Below, piece after piece: positions 57,541-64,000 of a stretch of 64,000 nt of DNA. The translations under genes were made by a program, and so were the position numbers. Source of the stretch: Bacteroidota bacterium (lineage in GTDB: Bacteria > Bacteroidota > Ignavibacteria > UBA10030); NCBI GenBank assembly GCA_049523215.1, contig JBEKNC010000008.1, positions 12,689-76,688 on the forward strand, written 5' to 3'. How positions within the stretch are numbered: position 1 is the stretch's first letter; each line of letters begins with the position of its first letter. The notes under the pieces are model-generated. The model was not told the origin of the DNA and made no database searches. It was given only the letters and a program-made list of their open reading frames with translations.

Positions 57541-58481
57541 CTGAATTTCACCAACACATCCCAGAACCGGCGGATCAAGAAGAAGTGACTGCCGAAAAAC
57601 TTTCTTTTTTCGATCGGCATGCTATTCATCCACTTTTGTTCGCGTTTGTATCGCTTGTTTCCATCTTTCTTCTCTATCAAGTTGGCGGCGGTTTGCTGAC
57701 ATTTCTTGTTACAGGAACTGCATCCATTACTCGCGAAAATGTTTGGACAATGCGTTGGCTGACACTCATCGGACAGATGTGTTTCATTCTCCTTCCGACC
57801 TTGCTGCTGGCGCGATTATTTGCTACTCGATTGAGTAGAGTATTTCAGTTTCGAGTACCAGGACTGCGAGAATCAATTCTTGCGCTCATTGCACTCTTTT
57901 CATTACAGCGGGTGTTTGAAGCATATATGTATTTTCAGGAACTCGTGCCTCTTCCAGAATTACTACGTGATCTTATCGGACCGATCAAGAAGTTGTTTGA
58001 GGAACTAACGAAAGTTTTAATTCGTGCTGATTCACCAGTGGAACTCCTTGCGGTCATTCTTGTCGTGGCAGTGGTACCATCGATTGTAGAAGAATTACTC
58101 TTTCGTGGTCTCATCCAAAAAATATTTGAGCGGCTGATGTCGCCTATTGTTTCGGCAATACTTGCAGGAACGATCTTCGGTTTGTATCATATGAATCCAT
58201 TCGAGGTTGTGCCGTTAATCGGTTTGGGCGTGTTCTTCGGACTACTGAGGTATCGTTCACAAAGTCTCTTGCTTCCCATATCAGCACACTTCTTCAATAA
58301 CCTTATGGCGGTGCTTGCTTCCTATTATGGTTTGCAGGATGAAAATCTCTTAGCAGCCGCACAGACGACAGTAGATATACCAGCGATGCTGTTCGAGTTG
58401 GTTGCCTTTGCTGCGCTCTTCTTTCTGAGTTTTGTTGTATATCTTCGCCTCACGCATGATGTCTCGAGACGGATTCACTGA
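57537..58481 (+). CDS. CPBP (Abi/CAAX) intramembrane glutamic endopeptidase
   Basis: EELLFRG, FGLYH and HFFNN motifs; multiple TM segments. Confidence 0.9.
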   Translation: MTEFHQHIPEPADQEEVTAEKLSFFDRHAIHPLLFAFVSLVSIFLLYQVGGGLLTFLVTGTASITRENVWTMRWLTLIGQMCFILLPTLLLARLFATRLSRVFQFRVPGLRESILALIALFSLQRVFEAYMYFQELVPLPELLRDLIGPIKKLFEELTKVLIRADSPVELLAVILVVAVVPSIVEELLFRGLIQKIFERLMSPIVSAILAGTIFGLYHMNPFEVVPLIGLGVFFGLLRYRSQSLLLPISAHFFNNLMAVLASYYGLQDENLLAAAQTTVDIPAMLFELVAFAALFFLSFVVYLRLTHDVSRRIH

Positions 58482-58660
58482 GGAAACCAAATGGACGCCT
58501 GCATGAACTGCGCAACACAGCTCGACTTTCATTACACAAATGGCGAACAAAATACTTAGATATACTCAGGTTGAAAATGTAAACCAATCAACTTCATAGG
58601 AATGATCGATGCTGGGTCAGTCAGAAAAACAATACTAAACTCAGGGAAAGGAACAGATTT

Positions 58661-59071
58661 ATGACAAAGGAAATATTGAAAGACGTGAGATTCGCCAAAG
58701 CCGCTGATGTTATGACGAAAGATGTAGCATACATAGACGGTAATCAGTCTGTAGCCAATGCAATCAAGCTCATGAGGGAGAAGGGAGTGTCCAGTCTGGT
58801 CGTGAACCGAAGAGGACCTGAAGACGCATGGGGGATCATGTCACGTAAGGATGTGGTCAACATGATCGTTGATCCTGGTAAGGATCCACACGAAGTCAGA
58901 GTCTTTGAGATCATGTCAAAACCACTCGTCACGGTCTCTCCTGGTCTCGCTCTAAAATATTGTGCTCGGCTGATGAATCATGTGGGAATCAGGAGAGCGA
59001 TTGTTTTTGATGGTAAGGAGATTGTCGGAATTCTGAGTAACACCGATATCTTCAACGCCATCAAAGTCTAA
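58661..59071 (+). CDS. CBS-domain pair protein
   Basis: DVMT...SSLVV...GIMSRKD and IMSKP...GILSNTD tandem CBS repeats. Confidence 0.85.
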   Translation: MTKEILKDVRFAKAADVMTKDVAYIDGNQSVANAIKLMREKGVSSLVVNRRGPEDAWGIMSRKDVVNMIVDPGKDPHEVRVFEIMSKPLVTVSPGLALKYCARLMNHVGIRRAIVFDGKEIVGILSNTDIFNAIKV

Positions 59072-59275
59072 CTAACGCTTCAATGTCGAGCCATGTTAGC
59101 CACTTTATCAAACAAACCGACGCAGCCAAGTCGTACAGTTTGGTTTTGAAGAGTAGAGCGGTGTCTAACAAACGGCAAAACGTCGCTCACTTATTTGGTA
59201 ACGTTTGTCTTAACGTTAAACCTTGTCAACAAATAGTAATCGATTCTCATTACTTCATTGAGTGTGAAAATAACC

Positions 59276-60226
59276 ATGCCAAAATTTAAAAATCTTACTG
59301 TGCGTGTTCTCGTTGCGCTCGTCGCTATTCCAATCATCCTTTGGCTTACCATGCTTGGCGGCTATTTCTTCTTCTCCCTCATTGCCGTCATCTCCTCGCT
59401 TGCATTGTATGAGTTCTATAGACTTGCAGAAACCAAAGGCGCTGCTCCGCTCAAAACGCTCGGACTCGCTGCCGGAGTTATTGTCAATGCCGTCTTCATC
59501 TACGAACGATTTCAAGTCGATATCTACCAATTCGTCATCGACCATTTTGAAATCCATCTTTCGTTGTTTTCACAACATCAACTTCTCACCGTTGTACTGC
59601 TCAAGTTCCTCTTGTTGATCATGCTCATCGAGTTGTTTCGAACCAAAGGTTCGCCGACAATCAATATCGCCACAACCATACTGGGTGTGCTGGTCATTTC
59701 ACTGTGCTTCGGCACGCTCATTTTTTTACGTGAACTCTTTCCGTACGGATTTCCCGTTCATAAATTCTTTGCAGCGGGCTTAGCCAATGACCAGCAGCTT
59801 GCGCAGATTAATCGATGGGGCGGGTATACGGTCATTGCCATCTTCGCAACGATTTGGATCTGCGACACGGCGGCATATTTTGGCGGTAAAACATTCGGGA
59901 AACACAAACTTTTCGTGCAGGTAAGTCCAAATAAAACTTGGGAAGGAGCTGTATTCGGTTTCATTTTCTCCATACTAACCATGGTGACAGCAAAAATACT
60001 TGTGCTTGGCTATCTCACATATTACCATGCAATTGTTCTCGGAGTGCTTATTGGAGTATTTGGACAGCTTGGCGATCTCATCGAGTCCCGGTTCAAGCGA
60101 GACGCGGGTATCAAAGATTCCTCTTTACTTATTCCAGGGCATGGCGGCGTATATGATCGGTTCGACAGTTTGGTTTATATCTCCCCGATTGTGTATCTTT
60201 ATATAGACTTTGTTGTGCTGTCGTAG
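59276..60226 (+). CDS. cdsA: Phosphatidate cytidylyltransferase
   Basis: DTAAYFGG, SPNKTWEG and GDLIESRFKR..GIKDS...PGHGG..DRFDS motifs. Confidence 0.93.
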   Translation: MPKFKNLTVRVLVALVAIPIILWLTMLGGYFFFSLIAVISSLALYEFYRLAETKGAAPLKTLGLAAGVIVNAVFIYERFQVDIYQFVIDHFEIHLSLFSQHQLLTVVLLKFLLLIMLIELFRTKGSPTINIATTILGVLVISLCFGTLIFLRELFPYGFPVHKFFAAGLANDQQLAQINRWGGYTVIAIFATIWICDTAAYFGGKTFGKHKLFVQVSPNKTWEGAVFGFIFSILTMVTAKILVLGYLTYYHAIVLGVLIGVFGQLGDLIESRFKRDAGIKDSSLLIPGHGGVYDRFDSLVYISPIVYLYIDFVVLS

Positions 60227-60244
60227 CACTTATCGCGTGGAAGG

Positions 60245-61537
60245 ATGTTTGTGGCTGTAAAATCAAAGGTCAACGTTGTTACACTCGGATGTCCGAAAAA
60301 CCTTGTTGACTCGGAGTTGCTTCTTGGTCAGTTGAAGCATAGCAATGTGCAGCTTGTGAAGAATGCCGATGAAGCCGATACGGTTGTTATTAACACGTGC
60401 GGTTTCATTCGGGATGCAAAGCAGGAATCAATAGATGCCATTCTCGAAGCTGTAGAGAAGAAAAAACGGGGTGAGATAAAAAAAATTGTCGTCATGGGTT
60501 GTCTCTCTGAGCGTTTTAAGAATGAACTTGCTGATGAAATTCCGGAAGTTGATTCGTTCTTTGGGACAGATCAATTGCGCGTTGTGCTGAACTCTCTTGA
60601 CGTAAATTACAAGACCGATCTGCTCGGCGAGCGATTCCTCACAACCCCATCGCACTATGCATATCTTAAAATCTCCGAAGGATGCGACAATCCTTGCTCT
60701 TTCTGCGCCATTCCACTGATGCGAGGACAACATCACAGTAAGCCAATGGAAGAACTTGTCCACGAAGCACGACTGTTAGCGGAGAAGGGAGTAAAGGAAC
60801 TCATTGTCATTGCGCAAGATACGACATACTATGGATTGGATTTGTATGGCAAAAGGCAACTTGCATCACTTCTTGGCGAGTTGAACGACATTGATGGAAT
60901 TGAATGGATTCGATTGATGTATGCTTATCCGGCTAAATTTCCATGGGATGTTATAGAAGCGTTTCAGAATTATACGAAGCTCTGCCGTTACATCGATATT
61001 CCGATTCAGCATTATTCTGATACTGTGCTAAAATCCATGCGGCGCGGCATAAGCCGGAAAGCAACGCGTGAATTGCTCTTGCACTTGAAGAATGAAATTC
61101 CCAACCTCGCACTCCGCACAACGCTCATTGTCGGATATCCGGGCGAAACAGAAAACGATTTCAAGGAATTGTGTGATTTTATAGAAGAGACTCGTTTCCA
61201 CCGCCTCGGCGTCTTTCTCTATTCGCAAGAAGAAGGCACAGCGGCATTTGATCTTGGCGATCCGATCCCGGCAGAGATGAAACAGGAACGACAAATAACA
61301 ATAATGGAAATCCAAAAAGATATTTCTGAACAGCATAATGAATCTCTCATTGGCAAGACGATGAGGGTTTTAATCGACACTCAGGATAACAATTTTTTTG
61401 TTGGAAGAACAGAATGGGACGCACCGGAGATCGATCAAGAAGTACTCGTACGCAGTGGTCAACTATTGAATGTGGGCACATTTCATTCTGTAACTATTAC
61501 CGATGCAACAGAGTATGATCTTGTTGCCGCGGCATGA
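60245..61537 (+). CDS. rimO: Ribosomal protein S12 methylthiotransferase
   Basis: LGCPKNLVDSE, NTCGFI, KISEGCDNPCSFCAIP, IAQDTT and DAPEID motifs; TRAM domain. Confidence 0.95.
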   Translation: MFVAVKSKVNVVTLGCPKNLVDSELLLGQLKHSNVQLVKNADEADTVVINTCGFIRDAKQESIDAILEAVEKKKRGEIKKIVVMGCLSERFKNELADEIPEVDSFFGTDQLRVVLNSLDVNYKTDLLGERFLTTPSHYAYLKISEGCDNPCSFCAIPLMRGQHHSKPMEELVHEARLLAEKGVKELIVIAQDTTYYGLDLYGKRQLASLLGELNDIDGIEWIRLMYAYPAKFPWDVIEAFQNYTKLCRYIDIPIQHYSDTVLKSMRRGISRKATRELLLHLKNEIPNLALRTTLIVGYPGETENDFKELCDFIEETRFHRLGVFLYSQEEGTAAFDLGDPIPAEMKQERQITIMEIQKDISEQHNESLIGKTMRVLIDTQDNNFFVGRTEWDAPEIDQEVLVRSGQLLNVGTFHSVTITDATEYDLVAAA

Positions 61538-61564
61538 TGTACACTCTTACGCGAGGACAACGCT

Positions 61565-62881
61565 ATGGCATACAGAAGAATACAACGGATACTCTTCGCT
61601 GGGCGAACAATCCTTGCAGTTGGAATACTTGCCAATTATCTGCCCGCGCAGACCGATAATCAAAATGAATCAAAGGAGTATGTATCGGAAATATTTGGAG
61701 AAGCATTCGCATTCAAATCTGACTCATCCGGAAAAGGGCGTTTGGATATCTATATTCAGGTTCCCTATCCAGAGATCAACTTCATCAAGGAGGGAGAACA
61801 ATACGTAGGACGTATTGAAATATCCGCGACGGTGCTCACGCAAGAGAAGCAAGAACTCTGGCAAACGAGCCAAACGGTGGAATTGCGACTGAAAGATTTT
61901 ACGCAAACTATTTCCCATCGACTATCTACTCTCAAACGATTTTCAACAGATCTCCTGCCAGGAAAGTACGAACTCCTTTTACAAGTAGCAGATAATGAAT
62001 CTAAAAAAATGGCCGCCTTTCACAAGTCGGTGGTGGTCAAAGATTTTAGCACAGATTCGCTTGCGGTGAGTGATCTGATGCTGGTACATAGAATGGATGT
62101 TGACGGTACGCGAAAGAACATCGTGCCAAATTTGACAGGGGTTCTTGCAAAAGAATCGAATGGCTTTTATCTCTTCTTCGAAATCTACAACAAAACTCAA
62201 CTCGATTCTGTCCAATTATTATGTAAGCTCATCAATCCAAAGAAAGAAGTCGTCGCACAACGTGCAAAGAGCGAAATACTCTCAGGCAATCGGACACAAA
62301 TAACTTGGCAAATTGACACGCCGGCACTTGCTGCTGGTCAGTACGTGTTTCTCATTGAAGCCACGGGATATTCTAAAGTCAATCCAGCGGTAATGGTTCA
62401 TACATCATCCTCCCGCACCTGTCTTGTGCGAATAAAGGATTTGCCTTTGACTGTCACAGACATCGACAAAGCAACGGATCAGCTTCAGTATATTGCAAAA
62501 GGAAGCGAGATTGCGTACATCAAAGAAGCGGCAACTCAGGAGGAGAGACAGAAACGGTTTCTTGAATTCTGGGCAAAACGCAATCCAGATTCCAAAACAT
62601 CGCGGAATGAACTGATGGAAGAATATTATGCGCGTGTCGCATATGCAAATAAAAACTTTACGCAATACATGGAAGGCTGGAAGACAGACAGAGGGATGGT
62701 TTTAATCCGGTTTGGTTCACCACAAAACGTAGACCGCCATCCTTTCGATTCAGAGAGTAAGCCATATGAAATTTGGTATTACTATGATCAAAATCGGGAA
62801 TTTATTTTTGTGGATGAAACCGGATTTGGCGACTATCGTCTTCAATATCCCGAAACAGATTTGCGGGGAAGGATACGGTGA
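61565..62881 (+). CDS. GWxTD-domain exported protein
   Basis: FW..RNP....NE..EEYY.RV.YAN..F....GWKTDRG.V.I.FG.P...W.Y signature. Confidence 0.88.
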   Translation: MAYRRIQRILFAGRTILAVGILANYLPAQTDNQNESKEYVSEIFGEAFAFKSDSSGKGRLDIYIQVPYPEINFIKEGEQYVGRIEISATVLTQEKQELWQTSQTVELRLKDFTQTISHRLSTLKRFSTDLLPGKYELLLQVADNESKKMAAFHKSVVVKDFSTDSLAVSDLMLVHRMDVDGTRKNIVPNLTGVLAKESNGFYLFFEIYNKTQLDSVQLLCKLINPKKEVVAQRAKSEILSGNRTQITWQIDTPALAAGQYVFLIEATGYSKVNPAVMVHTSSSRTCLVRIKDLPLTVTDIDKATDQLQYIAKGSEIAYIKEAATQEERQKRFLEFWAKRNPDSKTSRNELMEEYYARVAYANKNFTQYMEGWKTDRGMVLIRFGSPQNVDRHPFDSESKPYEIWYYYDQNREFIFVDETGFGDYRLQYPETDLRGRIR

Positions 62882-64000
62882 GTCGGTTCCACCTATGTCA
62901 TTCAACACGAGCCAGCGCATACTTCACACCGGCTTGTTGTTTACTATGGGGCTTATTGTTTCTTGTACTTTCATCGGTTGTCAACGGGCAGGTCTCGCTC
63001 ACAGTGCATTCAGTGGAATTTGAAGGAAATCATACCTTCTCAGCTAACCAACTTACCGCTGCTCTTTCAACTAAAAGAGGCGGCCCATTCTCCGAATCTA
63101 TATTAGCGGGCGATCGGGAACATATTCTCGGTCTCTACAAAAATCGCGCGTATCTTCATGCTCGAATAGATTCGATGCAGGTACATTCCGATACCCTATC
63201 GCACGATGTGGAAGTGCACATCTTTCTTACCGAAGGGAAACCGTCGGTTGTGCGACGAATTGAATTCGACGGTTGTCAAAATCTTACAGCTGCCGAGTTA
63301 TATCCGGGTATGCAACTACACGAAGGCGATCCTTTTATCCCTTCTCTTTTGGAACAAGACATTCAAACTCTACTCCAACAATATGAGCGCAAAGGATATC
63401 CGCTTTCAAAAATTGCAGTTCAAAATGTTTCCTTTGTTGATTCTGCAGATGAAATGTCTGTCACAGTGCAGTTGCACATCGACGAAGGAAAGGCATTGCG
63501 CATTTCTGAAATACACATCGAAGGGAATAAGACGACCAAAGATTATGTCATCATGCGTGAAGCACGTGTGAGGGAAAATGAATTGTTCCGCAGTGATCTT
63601 CCTGAACGCATCAAACGCCGACTGGATCATTTGCAGCTTTTCTCGTCCGTCTCTCTGCCGGAATTATATTTAACAGAAGCAGAACAGGCAGGATTGTTGG
63701 TGCGGGTTGTGGAGGGAAAGCAAAACAATTTCGATGGAGTGCTTGGGTATGTTCCCTCGACTGCATCCGGTGGAAACGGCTACATCACAGGACTTGTCAA
63801 CATCTCACTGAGAAATCTTTTTGGCACCGGACGCAAACTCTCCGTCCGATGGTATCAAGAAACCGCAAGCTCTCAGGAAACCGAACTTCATTACTTTGAG
63901 CCATGGATAGTTTCCTATCCTGTCAATGCACAGCTTGGATTCTTTCAACGAAAACAGGATTCGACATTTGTGCGGATGCAATACGACATTGCCACCGATT
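62878..64000 (+). CDS. Omp85 (BamA/TamA)-family outer-membrane protein with POTRA domains; runs off the window end
   Basis: Not in the ORF track. Manual reading from GTG 62878 (overlapping the upstream TGA) gives a signal peptide, POTRA repeats (VEFEGNHTFS, IEFDGCQN, IHIEGNKTTKDYVIMRE) and the barrel start RNLFGTGRKL...YFEPW. Confidence 0.85.
   Translation, partial: MSRFHLCHSTRASAYFTPACCLLWGLLFLVLSSVVNGQVSLTVHSVEFEGNHTFSANQLTAALSTKRGGPFSESILAGDREHILGLYKNRAYLHARIDSMQVHSDTLSHDVEVHIFLTEGKPSVVRRIEFDGCQNLTAAELYPGMQLHEGDPFIPSLLEQDIQTLLQQYERKGYPLSKIAVQNVSFVDSADEMSVTVQLHIDEGKALRISEIHIEGNKTTKDYVIMREARVRENELFRSDLPERIKRRLDHLQLFSSVSLPELYLTEAEQAGLLVRVVEGKQNNFDGVLGYVPSTASGGNGYITGLVNISLRNLFGTGRKLSVRWYQETASSQETELHYFEPWIVSYPVNAQLGFFQRKQDSTFVRMQYDIATD

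Noticed and set aside
1-64000. CRISPR arrays, tRNA/rRNA genes, IS elements, prophage
   Set aside because: No regularly spaced repeats, recognisable structural RNA, or transposase, integrase or phage genes were seen by eye; small RNAs cannot be excluded without a covariance search.

Overview
Bacterial window, most likely from an Ignavibacteria-like member of the FCB group. This is an inference from the T9SS C-terminal sorting domains of the NYPNPFNPST type, a PorV paralogue, AGGAG ribosome-binding sites and TTGACA-N17-TAnnnT promoters. (1) 1-34.5 kb is a minus-strand pectin/galacturonan utilisation region. It encodes two GH28s, GH43, GH105, CE12 and PL9, a KduI-KduD-KdgK(x2)-Eda pathway, a UxuB-like reductase, two ExuT-type MFS transporters, and LacI and FadR regulators. 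Its two TonB-dependent receptors have no SusD partner and are instead followed by T9SS-CTD proteins, one of them with its own PorV-like and FadL-like barrels. (2) 34.8-39.8 kb is a partly decayed patch: a GT-C-type membrane protein, a radical SAM gene broken inside its CxxxCxxC motif, a response-regulator pseudogene and a HisKA-only protein. (3) 42.1-49.5 kb is a sigma54-controlled module with no catalytic redox subunit. It contains two GcvH-like proteins lacking the lipoyl-lysine, a HybA-like ferredoxin, an NrfD/HybB protein, a haem-c sensor kinase, an NtrC-type activator and an archaemetzincin. (4) 51.2-54.4 kb is an arcE-arcB-arcC-like (arginine synthetase pathway) operon. (5) 54.7-64 kb holds envelope and housekeeping genes (GT9, DUF3108, DHS-like, CPBP, cdsA, rimO, GWxTD, Omp85). 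No rRNA, tRNA, CRISPR array or intact mobile element was recognised. All family calls come from reading motifs by eye, not from database searches.
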